Assembly (NCBI GenBank): GCA_943358385.1
Contig: CALRGX010000005.1
Coordinates: 2,886 to 66,885, forward strand
DNA length: 64,000 nucleotides
Direction: 5' to 3'
Source: Parcubacteria group bacterium
GTDB lineage: Bacteria; Patescibacteriota; Minisyncoccia; Phycocordibacterales; UBA2100
The notes beneath the pieces are model-generated. The model did no database searches and was not told where the DNA came from. It saw only the letters and a program-made list of their open reading frames with translations. Below, piece by piece: positions 8,532-18,868 of the stretch. Both the position numbers and the translations under genes were made by a program. Within the stretch, counting starts at the first letter, position 1. Every line of letters begins with the position of its first letter.

Positions 8532-9617
8532 ATGAATATCGATCGCATCATTGGGCACATCGACCTTGATGCGTTTTTTGCATCGGTGGAAGAGCGCGAC
8601 AAGCCATACCTGAAAGGTATGCCGATTGCCGTAGGGTCAGACCCTCTTGGCGGGAAAGGGCGTGGCGTGGTTTCGACCGCGAGCTATGCAGCGCGTACAT
8701 ATGGAATTAGAAGCGCGCTCCCCATACAGACTGCGTGGAAATTATCACAAGCTGCCAAAGCGCGCGGTGAGCAAGAGTGCATTTTCATCGTGCCGCACCA
8801 CGACAAATACGGCACTGCATCTGCTGAAGTCTTTGCGATTATCCGAGAGATTTTTCCTATCGTTGAACAGGTGGGTGTAGATGAAGGGTACGTTGACATG
8901 ACAGAACTAGGCAGCATATCTGCCGCCGAGAAAAAAGCAGCGCTGTTGCGTACGCGCGTACGCGAAGAGCTGGGCCTGGCACTCACGGTTGGGATTGGTC
9001 CCAATAAGCTGATTGCAAAGCTGGCCTCTGAAAAAGGCAAGCCGGACGGACTGTTTGTAGTACCGAGTGAAGAAGTAGACGAGCTGCTCATGCCGCTTTC
9101 TCTACAAGAACTGCCAGGCATTGGCAAGGTTACCGCTGCGCGCCTTACTACACGTGGGCTCAAGACGGTACGCGATGCGCGCAAGCTCAGCTGGCAAGAT
9201 TTGAGGAAACTGTTTGGAAGCCACGGTTTTTCTATGTACGAACGACTGCGTGGGATAGATGAGCGCGTGGTCGAGGTGGTTGGTGAGGCGCCCAAATCAA
9301 TAGGTAAGCACCACACTTTTTTTGAGGATGTTACCGACATACGAGAGGTAGAGGTGGTCCTTGCTACACAAGTGCAGAGCATCATGCGCTCGTTGAAGCG
9401 AGAAAGCTTCAGTGCGTTTAGGACGGTCGTTTTGACGGTTCGCTTTGATGACTTCACGACAGTGAGCCGTGCACTCACGCTTTCCACACCGCGCGCGGAC
9501 GCAAAAGAGTTAGAACTGAAAGCTTTGAAATTGCTCCTCCCATTTTTTGAAAAGAAGGAAAATCCGCATAAGAGGCCGGTTAGATTGATTGGCCTACGAA
9601 TTGAGAAGCTCTCATGA
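8532..9617 (+). CDS. dinB: DNA polymerase IV (Y-family)
   Basis: IDLDAFFASVEERD...IAVG...GIGPNKLIAKLAS matches ImpB/UmuC family motifs. Confidence 0.8.
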   Translation: MNIDRIIGHIDLDAFFASVEERDKPYLKGMPIAVGSDPLGGKGRGVVSTASYAARTYGIRSALPIQTAWKLSQAAKARGEQECIFIVPHHDKYGTASAEVFAIIREIFPIVEQVGVDEGYVDMTELGSISAAEKKAALLRTRVREELGLALTVGIGPNKLIAKLASEKGKPDGLFVVPSEEVDELLMPLSLQELPGIGKVTAARLTTRGLKTVRDARKLSWQDLRKLFGSHGFSMYERLRGIDERVVEVVGEAPKSIGKHHTFFEDVTDIREVEVVLATQVQSIMRSLKRESFSAFRTVVLTVRFDDFTTVSRALTLSTPRADAKELELKALKLLLPFFEKKENPHKRPVRLIGLRIEKLS

Positions 9618-9632
9618 TAGTATCCGTGCACT

Positions 9633-10295
9633 ATGAGACGACTCGTTGAAAGGAAAGGGCGGATGGGAGACATACTGCGGTGCCTCAAAGATATGTACGG
9701 TGAGCCAAAAACGGAACTGCACTACAAAAAACCCCACGAGCTTTTGTTCGCGGTCATGCTATCAGCACAGTGCACGGATGTACGAGTGAACATGGTAACG
9801 AAGACACTCTTTAAAAAATATGCAACCTTGGCCGATTACGCGGCTGCCTCGCAGTCTGACATGCGCACCGCAATCACTTCGATAAGCTACCCAAATAATA
9901 AGGCGCAACATATCCGTGAGACTGCACAGATACTTTTGCGCGACTTCAAAGGGAAGGTGCCAGCAGTAATGGAAGATCTACTGACGCTCAAAGGAGTGGC
10001 TCGCAAGACCGCCAACGTGGTGCGTGGTGAGCTCTATGATGTCTGGGACGGTATCGCGATAGACACGCACGTAAAGCGGTTTGTGAAAAAATTTGATTTG
10101 TCTGACGCGACCACTAGTGATGGTATGGAGAAAGACCTCATGCTTCTCAATGCGCCTCACCATTGGAAGTATGTAAACAATGGATTGGTGCTGTATGGCC
10201 GCTATGTGTGCAAAGCAATTAAGCATGATTGTGATGAGCATCCACTCACCCAGTTGTGGCCGCCAGCAGAGAAAAGGTGGCCGAAGGCGAGTTAG
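9633..10295 (+). CDS. HhH-GPD DNA glycosylase (endonuclease III-like), apparently lacking a complete FeS cluster motif
   Basis: LKGVARKTANVV...DTHVKR is the HhH-GPD signature. The C-terminus has only 2 Cys. Confidence 0.6.
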   Translation: MRRLVERKGRMGDILRCLKDMYGEPKTELHYKKPHELLFAVMLSAQCTDVRVNMVTKTLFKKYATLADYAAASQSDMRTAITSISYPNNKAQHIRETAQILLRDFKGKVPAVMEDLLTLKGVARKTANVVRGELYDVWDGIAIDTHVKRFVKKFDLSDATTSDGMEKDLMLLNAPHHWKYVNNGLVLYGRYVCKAIKHDCDEHPLTQLWPPAEKRWPKAS

Positions 10296-10317
10296 CACGA
10301 GCTTCTCTATAGCAGGA

Positions 10318-10344
10318 AATGGCCGAGCTAAAAGCTCGGCCATT
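10318..10344. terminator. Bidirectional terminator between convergent genes
   Basis: AATGGCCGAGC-taaaa-GCTCGGCCATT. Confidence 0.6.
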
Positions 10345-10358
10345 CAATTCAGTGCGGG

Positions 10359-10682
10359 TCAGCAATTGCCGCCACGCACATGATCAGGGCTGATGGTGAA
10401 GCGCATACCTTTCGGCGCCGCAAGGGGAGGGAATCGATTCGCGAGTAGTTGATCGATAAACTCGGTCGCTTCCTTCGTCCGGTGGAGCGCGTTGAGCATG
10501 TCGTTGATGCTGCCGGTGTGGATAGCAATCGCAATGAATGCGTCTTGCCATGATCTGTGGCCACGCCGCGTTGCATAGTCAGCCGCCGCGCTGATGAGCC
10601 TTTCCTGTTCACTATGTGGGAGATCTGTTTGAATGCGTCCCGCAACGTATGCTCGATCTGCTTCGGTGATATTGATGGTCAT
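10359..10682 (-). CDS. Hypothetical protein
   Basis: The start MTINITEADRAY is preceded by AGAGGGTG-N5. No recognisable domain was found. Confidence 0.45.
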   Translation of the reverse strand: MTINITEADRAYVAGRIQTDLPHSEQERLISAAADYATRRGHRSWQDAFIAIAIHTGSINDMLNALHRTKEATEFIDQLLANRFPPLAAPKGMRFTISPDHVRGGNC

Positions 10683-10766
10683 GAGACACCCTCTTTCGCT
10701 GGTCCTCGTAACACCATACGCGCGTTGCATACTTCACGCAATGTTCAGCTGTGTAATGTATGAAGA

Positions 10767-10791
10767 GGGCCGCCTGTAATACAGGCGGCCC
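10767..10791 (-). terminator. Terminator hairpin downstream of the 10799..11077 gene
   Basis: GGGCCGCCTGTA-at-ACAGGCGGCCC. Confidence 0.55.
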
Positions 10792-10798
10792 CATCTAT

Positions 10799-11077
10799 TC
10801 AATCCCACCGCAGCCCCAGTACTTCGTTGCTGCGAGGGAAGAGCTCGTCCCGAAGTGCGTGACCGATCGCCTTACCCACTTCATGGCGCAGGGCGGTGAC
10901 GGCAAGAAAGTCGTCAATAGTTTGGTTGCTGGCCGTGCAGTGGCGCTCCACTGCGAGTGCGACCGCTTCTTCTGCATTCTGCAGCCCTTCCTTCTGTGCG
11001 AAGGCATCAGCCGCTTTTCGTATCGTTTTCTGTTCGTCTGCGGGGAGTGCGAATACCGCTTTCACGGATGGATGCAT
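10799..11077 (-). CDS. Hypothetical protein
   Basis: The start is MHPSVKAVF with GGAG upstream. No recognisable domain was found. Confidence 0.4.
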   Translation of the reverse strand: MHPSVKAVFALPADEQKTIRKAADAFAQKEGLQNAEEAVALAVERHCTASNQTIDDFLAVTALRHEVGKAIGHALRDELFPRSNEVLGLRWD

Positions 11078-11161
11078 GCCTTTTTCTCCGAGTGGACTTG
11101 AGGCAATGTATAACAACTACTGAGATTAGCCAAGGGACCCTAGGTTAGGTACCATGAGGCT

Positions 11162-11851
11162 ATGGAGAAGCGCAAAGTGGCGGTGTTTGATGTAGACGGT
11201 ACGATTTTCCGCTCGTCACTCTTTGTTGAATTGGTGGAGGCGCTGATGGCTAAGGGAGTGTTTCCATCGGCGGCACGCAAGCTCTATGATCGGGAGTATC
11301 GCACCTGGATCGAGCGTGAGGGCGACTATGAAGCCTACATTGCGGCGATGGTGAAAGCGTTCCGCCGAAATATCAAAGGCATTCACTACGGAGAGTTTAA
11401 AGACATTGCTCGCGAAGTGGCAAATCTAAAGTGGAAGAAATCATATCGCTACACGCGTGACCTCACCCAGGATCTTAAAAAACGAGGCTACTATCTCCTT
11501 GCCATATCGCACTCGCCAAAAACCATCATCGACTACTTTTGCCCGAAACTCGGCTTTGATAAAGCCTATGGCATGGTGTACGAGCTGGGACCACAAGACC
11601 GATTCACCGGATCAGTGATGGATGAGCATGTCATTTTGAATAAGGCCAATATTCTGAAGCGGGCTATTGAAAAAGAGAACCTCACGCTTGAAGGTTCTAT
11701 TGGTGTAGGTGACACTGAATCCGATATTCCATTTTTGGAACTCGTCGATCACCCCATCTGTTTCAATCCAAACCAAAAGCTCTATCGGCATGCAAAAATT
11801 AACGCATGGAAGGTGGTGGTAGAGCGTAAAGACGTCGTCTACGAGCTATGA
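11162..11851 (+). CDS. HAD-superfamily hydrolase (subfamily IB-like)
   Basis: VAVFDVDGTIF is HAD motif I, with GDTESD downstream. Confidence 0.6.
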   Translation: MEKRKVAVFDVDGTIFRSSLFVELVEALMAKGVFPSAARKLYDREYRTWIEREGDYEAYIAAMVKAFRRNIKGIHYGEFKDIAREVANLKWKKSYRYTRDLTQDLKKRGYYLLAISHSPKTIIDYFCPKLGFDKAYGMVYELGPQDRFTGSVMDEHVILNKANILKRAIEKENLTLEGSIGVGDTESDIPFLELVDHPICFNPNQKLYRHAKINAWKVVVERKDVVYEL

Positions 11852-12552
11852 AATGGATACTGCTTGTTTTGGCGGTGTGGGGGGTGTATGCGTATCTGCA
11901 TGTGGCACCTCGGCTGCGCGCAGCGGCAGTGACCGTCGCTCAGACGAAGCCCTACACACGTGGAGAGGCGCCAAAAGGTACGGCACTTTTGGTGGTGGGT
12001 GATAGTACTGCCTATGGTGTGGGTGCAGAAACGCCTGCCGTTTCTACGGCAAGCCGAGTAGGAGATGCGCTCGGGGCCTCAGTTGAAAACTATGCTCGCT
12101 CGGGCGGGAAAACTCGTGAAGTACTCGCCCAACTTAACAAAGCGCAGAAGGAAAAGTATGACGTGATTTTGATTCAAGTGGGCGCAAACGATATCATGCA
12201 GTTTTCCAGTAGTGTACAAACACAGGCAGAGCTCGATGTGGCGCTGCAACGAGCAAAAGAGCTCTCCAGCACCGTTGTATTGCTCACCTGTGGAGATATC
12301 GGAGCGGCGCCCCTCTGGCCATGGCCGGTAGGGTACCTGTACACGTATCGAGCACAAGTTCTACGAGAAAAGTTTATGAGCACGGCGCAAAAGTACGGTG
12401 TCCACTATGTCGATTTGCTGACCAAGCCCGACACGTACTCCACCGACCCTGCTCGGTACTATGTGCCTGATGGGTTGCATCTTTCCGGCGAAGGGTACGC
12501 GTTGTGGGCACAATATATACAGGAGATGATCAGCCATGCCGACACACCGTAG
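11848..12552 (+). CDS. SGNH/GDSL-family hydrolase
   Basis: An N-terminal TM is followed by LLVVGDSTAYG (GDS motif) and GANDI (block III). Confidence 0.6.
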   Translation: MKWILLVLAVWGVYAYLHVAPRLRAAAVTVAQTKPYTRGEAPKGTALLVVGDSTAYGVGAETPAVSTASRVGDALGASVENYARSGGKTREVLAQLNKAQKEKYDVILIQVGANDIMQFSSSVQTQAELDVALQRAKELSSTVVLLTCGDIGAAPLWPWPVGYLYTYRAQVLREKFMSTAQKYGVHYVDLLTKPDTYSTDPARYYVPDGLHLSGEGYALWAQYIQEMISHADTP

Positions 12553-13342
12553 TGTTCGCCACGCAGTGCTCGAGTATTTTAAAAAGCATGGTCGTGCGCA
12601 CCTTCCCTGGCGCAAGACCACAAAAGCCTATCGCATTCTCGTATCAGAAATTATGCTACAGCAGACGCAGGTGGATAGAGTGATGCCATTTTACAAAAAC
12701 TTTCTGAAACAATTTCCGACGCCAGCAGTGCTTTCTCAAGCACCACGTTCTGACGTCCTAAAGGCATGGAGTGGCCTTGGCTATAATCGCCGTGCAAAAT
12801 TCTTGCACGAAGCGGCAAGAGCTATGGTGATGCGGCATAGGGGAAAGGTGCCTCAAGGCTACGACGAGCTGAGAGCTCTTCCTGGCGTGGGGGAATACAC
12901 TGCAAAGGCAGTACGGGTATTTGCACACAATGAACCAGAGGTCCTCATTGAAACGAATGTGCGCACCGTAATTATCCACCACTACTTTCAGAAACAGGCG
13001 CACGTATCCGAACCGGCGCTCCTCGACATCGCGACCCATCTCGCCGCAGGGCAAGACCCTCGCACCTGGCATGGGGCGCTCATGGATTATGGAACACATC
13101 TCAAGGCAACCCATGGTAACCTGTCGCGCAAGAGTGCTCAGTACACCAAGCAAAAGCCGTTTAAGGGGTCCCTGCGCGAAGTGCGGGGCGCCGTACTAAA
13201 AGTGCTGCACCCAGGCGCTGCAACACAAAAAGCGCTGCAGAAAGCTCTGCCGCAAGAACTCCACGATCGTCTCGATGCAGCGCTTCTACAACTCCAAAAA
13301 GAAGGACTTATTACCAAGGACAAAGGGACGTTTCGCACTTAG
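12536..13342 (+). CDS. A/G-specific adenine glycosylase (MutY)-like HhH-GPD protein, short form
   Basis: HLPWRKT..YRILVSEIMLQQTQV...WSGLGYNRRAKFL is a MutY-family N-domain. At 268 aa it has no obvious FeS/NUDIX parts. Confidence 0.55.
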   Translation: MPTHRSVRHAVLEYFKKHGRAHLPWRKTTKAYRILVSEIMLQQTQVDRVMPFYKNFLKQFPTPAVLSQAPRSDVLKAWSGLGYNRRAKFLHEAARAMVMRHRGKVPQGYDELRALPGVGEYTAKAVRVFAHNEPEVLIETNVRTVIIHHYFQKQAHVSEPALLDIATHLAAGQDPRTWHGALMDYGTHLKATHGNLSRKSAQYTKQKPFKGSLREVRGAVLKVLHPGAATQKALQKALPQELHDRLDAALLQLQKEGLITKDKGTFRT

Positions 13343-14490
13343 CGAGTGTCTTTCAAAAGGAGTGTGACGGGAAGACCAATCAAGAGAATCAACGCACCCA
13401 AGAGACCAAAGAGTACGTCTATACTGGTAAAGACCAGAAGTACTCCAACGATGAGCGGCGTGATGACATACGATAGAGGAAAAAGAATACGGAAGGCGCT
13501 CACGATACCTGCATCAGCTCCTTTCATGTGTTTGAAAAAGTAGACATCGCTCATGATTTCAATACTTGCCGCACCAATACGCGTGGTAAACAAAAGAGCC
13601 GTCCAGACCCAAAAAGTGTGCACCGTGATGAAGGGAATGGCGAGCGTGGAAAGGCCCATAATAAGCAGCCCCGCAAAGAGAAATTCTTTTTCGCCAAAAC
13701 GCGTGTCGGCAAGAAAACCGAGCGGCAGTTGTATCAAGACGAAAGGAGCCATGGCAATAGAAAAAATGAGCCCCATTTCCGCAAGGCTAAATCCGAGATG
13801 AACGGTGAGGTACACCGGCATGTATACGACCATGAGGGCGCTAAACATGCGCATAACTGCCTGCACTATAAATATGTGGCGTACATCGCGTTTCTTTTTA
13901 AGCGTCTGGATGAGCGCCGGTATCGCGAGTGGGTGATAGCGGGCCTCGGGAATGTGGCGCAGGCCAAAGTGGACGATCATGAGGCACAAGAGCAGTACGA
14001 AGCTCCCAAACGCATAGAGCCCTGCGTAACCATGCAGAGTAACAAGGAGCGCGGCGAAGCCAGGGACGATGACAAATGCGAGGTTAGAGGCTGTATAGAA
14101 GACGCCACGCAAAAGTCCGGTGTCGCCTTCGTGTTTGGTCGTCTGCTCGATGAATATGTCGAGGGATGTGTACAGAATGAGGCTGCAGACGGTGTTGATC
14201 ACAAATGCGATGAGTGCACCCAGCGGTGTTGCGAGCGGGATGGCAATCAGAGAGAGTGCGGCACACGCAAGTGCGACGAAAGTGACGCGCCGGTTACCAT
14301 ACTTGTGCATGGCATACGGTGAGAGTATGAGGCCGAGGATGGTGGCGCTGTAGGCAATGATGAAGAACCAGCCGATCTCATGCTCGGTAAATCCTATTTC
14401 TACCAAAAGAGGTGTGGTGTAGAACGCGGTAATAGCGAGTACGCCGAAGAAAAGGAACTCGAACGCAAGGAGCGGGCGATGAATCTGCAT
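13339..14490 (-). CDS. MFS transporter
   Basis: It has 12 predicted hydrophobic helices and the loop motif GNRRVTF. Confidence 0.6.
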   Translation of the reverse strand: MQIHRPLLAFEFLFFGVLAITAFYTTPLLVEIGFTEHEIGWFFIIAYSATILGLILSPYAMHKYGNRRVTFVALACAALSLIAIPLATPLGALIAFVINTVCSLILYTSLDIFIEQTTKHEGDTGLLRGVFYTASNLAFVIVPGFAALLVTLHGYAGLYAFGSFVLLLCLMIVHFGLRHIPEARYHPLAIPALIQTLKKKRDVRHIFIVQAVMRMFSALMVVYMPVYLTVHLGFSLAEMGLIFSIAMAPFVLIQLPLGFLADTRFGEKEFLFAGLLIMGLSTLAIPFITVHTFWVWTALLFTTRIGAASIEIMSDVYFFKHMKGADAGIVSAFRILFPLSYVITPLIVGVLLVFTSIDVLFGLLGALILLIGLPVTLLLKDTR

Positions 14491-14517
14491 CGCCTTCAGT
14501 GTAACACCGTAGGATGC

Positions 14518-16398
14518 TTAGACGCTGACAATAACGGGGATGACAATCGGGTTTTTGTGCGTCTGTTGCAAGAGGAATCGTGCGACTGCATCCGAGAGGT
14601 CATCACGTGCGCGATCCAAGTCGCCACCTTTTGGTGGGCGCATCGATGTTTCTACACTCTTGCGCACAATGAGTCGCGTTTGATCCATCAATTCTTTGTT
14701 GTCACGCAGATACACAAAGCCACGCGAGATGATGTCGGGAGATTTGTGCAAGCGGCCGGTGCGGCGGTCAATGGTAGCCACCACCACGCAGAATCCGTCT
14801 TGCGAGAGCGCTTTGCGATCGCGCATCAACACATCAGAGAGTTCGCTGATTGATTGACCTTCCACGACGCGCAAACCAGCGGCAACTTTTTCTTTCAAGA
14901 GGACGAGTTTGTTGCCACCATCCTGGATTTCAACAATGGAGCTGTTGTCCGGAATGACAATGTGGTTGCGCGGGATTCCCGTAGCTTCCATCATCAGCTC
15001 GCCATGTGCGCGGAGCATGTAGTGGTGCCCGTGTTGTGGCATGAAGTACTTTGGTTTGATCTGCTGGTGAATCCAACGAGCTTCTTCACGGTTTCCGTGG
15101 CCTGAGGCGTGTACATCGGATGCCTGGTAAGTGATGATGCGCGCGCCTTGGCGTGCGAGCTGGTCTTTCAAGCGCTGCACTGAGCGTTCGTTTCCTGGGA
15201 TGACCGACGAAGAAAGCACGATAGTGTCCTCTGGGGTGAGGCGAATCTGTTTGTGCACTTTGTTGCCGATACGCATCAAAGAGGCGAATTCGTCTCCCTG
15301 GGCACCGGTTGCAAGGATGACGACCTTTTCCTTCGGGTATTCCTCCATATGATCGACTGATACCACCGTGTCATCTTTGTGTTTCAAGATGCCGAGCTCG
15401 CGCACGATTTCGATGTTGGTGCGCATTGAGCGACCGTCGACGATAATTTTCTTGCCACATCGCTCGGCAATCATCACGATGTTCATGAGGCGCTCGAGCT
15501 GGGAGGCAAAGGTACCAATGATGATGCGGCCGTTTGTTTCCGTAATGATTTTTTCGAGCGTGTGGTGCACGATGCGCTCGGGGATAGACCAGCCTGGTCG
15601 GTCGACGTTGGTTGAGTCCATCAACAGCATGAGCGACTTTCGATTCTTGAATGTTTCGAACTCGCGTACTTCGTTTTCTGCTACTACCGTGTTCTCGTGA
15701 TCGAGTTTGATGTCACCCGTGACGACGACGTCGCCGTAGGGTGTTTCGATGATGATACCCATGGCATCCGGAATGGTGTGCGTCACGGCAAAGAAACAGA
15801 CCTTCAAGCTGCCAATCTGTACCGTTTCGTTGCCCTCTACTTCACGGATGATGGGCGCGGGGAGGTATGAGAACTCTTCTTGGCGCTTCTTGATCATCAT
15901 GCCAGTGAGCTTGCGCGTATAAATCGGCGGGTGGCCGATGCGATCAATGATGTACGGAATACCACCGATGTGATCGAGGTGACCGTGCGAAATGATCAAT
16001 GCACGAATCTTATCTTTGTTGTCTTCGAGATATTGCGTGTTGGGAAGGATGTAGTCGACACCGGGAGTGTTTTCGTTTTCGCCGAAACCAAAACCACAGT
16101 CAACGACAATGATCTCGCCGCGGAATTCAATCGCGGTCATGTTGCGGCCGATTTCTTCCACACCACCGAGAGGAATGATACGGATAGCATCATCGGCAAG
16201 TGGCGGAATGGTGTCTTGGTGTGCACGATTCATGACACCTTCGCGCATAGGGTGCTTGTGCGGATTGCGCGGTGGGCGCAGACGGCGGCCATTGCCACCG
16301 CCACGTGGCGGACGCGAGCCTGCGCCACCACCTTTGTGTGGTGGGCGTGGGCCACGAGGGCCGCGTGCATCTCCCGCTGGTCGTTGTTGAGGGTTCAT
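14518..16398 (-). CDS. rnj: Ribonuclease J with Arg/Gly-rich N-terminal extension
   Basis: The metallo-beta-lactamase motif HGHLDHIGG and beta-CASP architecture are present. The first ~50 aa are an RG/RGG/PRG low-complexity segment. Confidence 0.75.
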   Translation of the reverse strand: MNPQQRPAGDARGPRGPRPPHKGGGAGSRPPRGGGNGRRLRPPRNPHKHPMREGVMNRAHQDTIPPLADDAIRIIPLGGVEEIGRNMTAIEFRGEIIVVDCGFGFGENENTPGVDYILPNTQYLEDNKDKIRALIISHGHLDHIGGIPYIIDRIGHPPIYTRKLTGMMIKKRQEEFSYLPAPIIREVEGNETVQIGSLKVCFFAVTHTIPDAMGIIIETPYGDVVVTGDIKLDHENTVVAENEVREFETFKNRKSLMLLMDSTNVDRPGWSIPERIVHHTLEKIITETNGRIIIGTFASQLERLMNIVMIAERCGKKIIVDGRSMRTNIEIVRELGILKHKDDTVVSVDHMEEYPKEKVVILATGAQGDEFASLMRIGNKVHKQIRLTPEDTIVLSSSVIPGNERSVQRLKDQLARQGARIITYQASDVHASGHGNREEARWIHQQIKPKYFMPQHGHHYMLRAHGELMMEATGIPRNHIVIPDNSSIVEIQDGGNKLVLLKEKVAAGLRVVEGQSISELSDVLMRDRKALSQDGFCVVVATIDRRTGRLHKSPDIISRGFVYLRDNKELMDQTRLIVRKSVETSMRPPKGGDLDRARDDLSDAVARFLLQQTHKNPIVIPVIVSV

Positions 16399-16413
16399 AG
16401 TCGTTGTTATTCG

Positions 16414-18177
16414 TTACAGTTGTTTAGAATCAGTGATAAATATATCCCACACACGTTCAGTCTCACGGTGCCACTCGTAGACATTCGCAAACCGTTCAGA
16501 AGCAGTAGTCAGAGTACCCAGGGACACACCGAAAAGGTCATCAGGGATACTATAGATGAACTCTGGTACGTAGAGGAAGATGGCAGGAACATCTTCTTCA
16601 ACTGTTGCTGCGAACTCTAGCAGCTTTTCCTTGCGAAGGGAAGGGTCGGTCTCGCGGCGGGCTTCCGTAAGGAGACGGTCAGCTTTCGCATTGGCATAGA
16701 GAGAAAGATTGAGGCCTGGGTCATTTCGCTGTGACGAGTGCCAAAAAGCATATAAATCTGCACCACGCCCCACTACCTCGCCAAAAAGGAGTGCCTCGTA
16801 CTCACGTGGGCGAATGACGGTGGTGTTTAAATCTCCCGTTGAGAACACCTTTATGGTGACCGTCGCGCCAAGAGAACGCCACGTCTGTGCCAAGGCTTCA
16901 GCAGTTTGCGACAATTCTGGCGTGTCGGCGGTGGTCAATGAAAAAGCGAGCGCAGTACCTTTTTTGTTGACGCGCACCTGCTTTGCTTCATCCATAACCC
17001 AGCCCGCTTTTTCCAGGATGGCGCGTGCTGCAACAAGACGTTCCTCGGATGTTACTGGTGTGGTAGGTGGTGCGGGTGTTGGTGCAATGTTTTTAGGCAA
17101 TGGGCCGGTTACTGCTTCGCCATAGCCAGAAAGAGAGGTGGCAATGAGGGCCTCGCGATCAACCGCCGTGTTCAGTGCTCGACGTACCTCTTTTTCAATA
17201 AGCACTGGTGATTTCGCTTCGTTTATGAAGACGGCGAAGACGCGAGGGAGCGGTGTGCGAATCACATTCGTGCCTTCAGGGAGGACCGAAGGGGTTATCG
17301 CGGCGATACTTTCGATATCGCGCTTTTCAAGTGCCTTAAGTGCGTCGTCTTCGTTTGCGTACACATGCAGAGTGATTCTTTTGATGTACGGCACCCCTAG
17401 AGTGAAGTCTTCAAAAGAGCGGAGAGAATATTCGATAGGGGCACCTGAAGAATCTTCACGCACGTCGTCAATGCGATACGGGCCGCTACCGACAGGCTTT
17501 TTATTTAGTTGGTGAAATGGGAAATCTGCAGGGCTCACGTTTTCCCACAGGTGCGCAGGGAGGATGCCGAGAGTCGTGGCTTCGAGGAATGGTGCATATG
17601 CGCGTGGCAGAGTGAATTTCACCGACACGGGATCAATTGCTTCTACGTGGACACCGTCCCACTCTGCGCGCTTCACACTTTTTATATCAGGATGCTGGGC
17701 GGCCGTAACGGTGAACACAATGTCTGCTGAAGTAACTGGCGTACCATCGTGGAAGGTTGCATCCGAGCGTAGGGTAAAGAGGTAGGTGATGCCGTCTTCT
17801 GATACTTCTACACCCTCTGCGATGTCGGGCGTGAGTGAACCGTCTGGAAGAGAACGCATCAAGCCGGAATAGACGAGCGCACTCACGTCTTTGTCGGTGT
17901 CGGATGCGGCAAGGAGTGGGTTCGCGAATCGAGAAGTTCCCACTACTCCTTCGGTAAGCGACCCACCTTGGGTAGGAATAGGATTAGTTACTTCGTAGTT
18001 TATGAGTGCAAGCATCCCAAATGCGCTCGCGGCGAGTATAAAAGAAAGTATGTAGAGCGTGAGGCGTTCGAACGGGGAGAAGGTGGGAAGGAGCGATTCG
18101 AGTTGTTGCAGAAATGCAAAACGACGCTCAGACACGAGAGGGTTAAGGATTGGTTCATGTGGTGGAGGAAAATCCAT
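16414..18177 (-). CDS. ABC transporter substrate-binding protein, family 5 (peptide/nickel-type)
   Basis: It has SBP_bac_5-like length and motifs, plus an N-terminal TM anchor. The start is chosen at MDFPPP (the ATG), because the listed ORF begins at a non-ATG codon. Confidence 0.55.
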   Translation of the reverse strand: MDFPPPHEPILNPLVSERRFAFLQQLESLLPTFSPFERLTLYILSFILAASAFGMLALINYEVTNPIPTQGGSLTEGVVGTSRFANPLLAASDTDKDVSALVYSGLMRSLPDGSLTPDIAEGVEVSEDGITYLFTLRSDATFHDGTPVTSADIVFTVTAAQHPDIKSVKRAEWDGVHVEAIDPVSVKFTLPRAYAPFLEATTLGILPAHLWENVSPADFPFHQLNKKPVGSGPYRIDDVREDSSGAPIEYSLRSFEDFTLGVPYIKRITLHVYANEDDALKALEKRDIESIAAITPSVLPEGTNVIRTPLPRVFAVFINEAKSPVLIEKEVRRALNTAVDREALIATSLSGYGEAVTGPLPKNIAPTPAPPTTPVTSEERLVAARAILEKAGWVMDEAKQVRVNKKGTALAFSLTTADTPELSQTAEALAQTWRSLGATVTIKVFSTGDLNTTVIRPREYEALLFGEVVGRGADLYAFWHSSQRNDPGLNLSLYANAKADRLLTEARRETDPSLRKEKLLEFAATVEEDVPAIFLYVPEFIYSIPDDLFGVSLGTLTTASERFANVYEWHRETERVWDIFITDSKQL

Positions 18178-18217
18178 ATGGGCGAGGCAATGCCTCTCTG
18201 TATACAAGAGAGGAAGC

Positions 18218-18448
18218 TTACACGAACAAGCTCATGAGCGCTGAAAGCGCAAAGAGGATGCCAAGCACTATGGTGCTGCGGAAAAGCGTCTTCTCGAAAC
18301 CGCGTCGGGTATGAAAACCTGACGAGAAGTTATCTGCGCCGAATGCACCACCAAGGCTGGCGCCAGTGCGTTGCATAAGAACGACGAATATAAGAAGCGC
18401 CGATAGGGTGAGCTGTATGTAGGGGAGATACCCCGCGAGTGTTGACAT
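18218..18448 (-). CDS. secG: Preprotein translocase subunit SecG
   Basis: At 76 aa it has two TM helices and LLIFVVLMQRTGASLGGAFG, which is SecG-like. Confidence 0.6.
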   Translation of the reverse strand: MSTLAGYLPYIQLTLSALLIFVVLMQRTGASLGGAFGADNFSSGFHTRRGFEKTLFRSTIVLGILFALSALMSLFV

Positions 18449-18520
18449 CGAACATAGGGTACCAAAAGCGGACTAGGAAGTCAAAAGCGGTAGGCTAGAA
18501 ATCATGTATGCATAAAGGAT

Positions 18521-18545
18521 GGCTGGAACCCTTCGGGTTCCAGCC
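18521..18545 (-). terminator. Terminator hairpin
   Basis: GGCTGGAACCC-ttc-GGGTTCCAGCC lies immediately downstream of the 18552..18800 gene. Confidence 0.6.
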
Positions 18546-18551
18546 ATGAAT

Positions 18552-18800
18552 TCACTCGACGAAGCCTGGTTGCACGGTGCGTGGCGCACTGTGTTGCCCG
18601 AGGAGTCGTTCGGGCGCCAGGCCTGAGCCCGGGCAGTGTGCGCGTAGTTCTGAGGCGTGCTCGCACATCACATACGCCTCTTCATCGGGAAGGTGTGCGG
18701 TGTTTTTGCCGTCACGATCAGGATAACCGACGAAGCGTGTGGCATGGACCGTTTTGCAAGTGACGCAGATACCCAAGACGTAGGGGAATTCGGAAGCCAT
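18552..18800 (-). CDS. Small Cys/His-containing hypothetical protein
   Basis: CVTCK...CEHASELRAHC may form a zinc-binding site. No family was recognised. Confidence 0.35.
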   Translation of the reverse strand: MASEFPYVLGICVTCKTVHATRFVGYPDRDGKNTAHLPDEEAYVMCEHASELRAHCPGSGLAPERLLGQHSAPRTVQPGFVE

Positions 18801-18868
18801 TAATTCTCTCCGCTATGTTCTGTTGCTGTGCTGAATTCAAAATACGTATCTAAAAAGATACTGTCAAG

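Noticed and set aside
13528-14322. 264-aa K/E/R-rich plus-strand ORF
   Set aside because: It is antisense to the MFS transporter gene. Shadow ORF.
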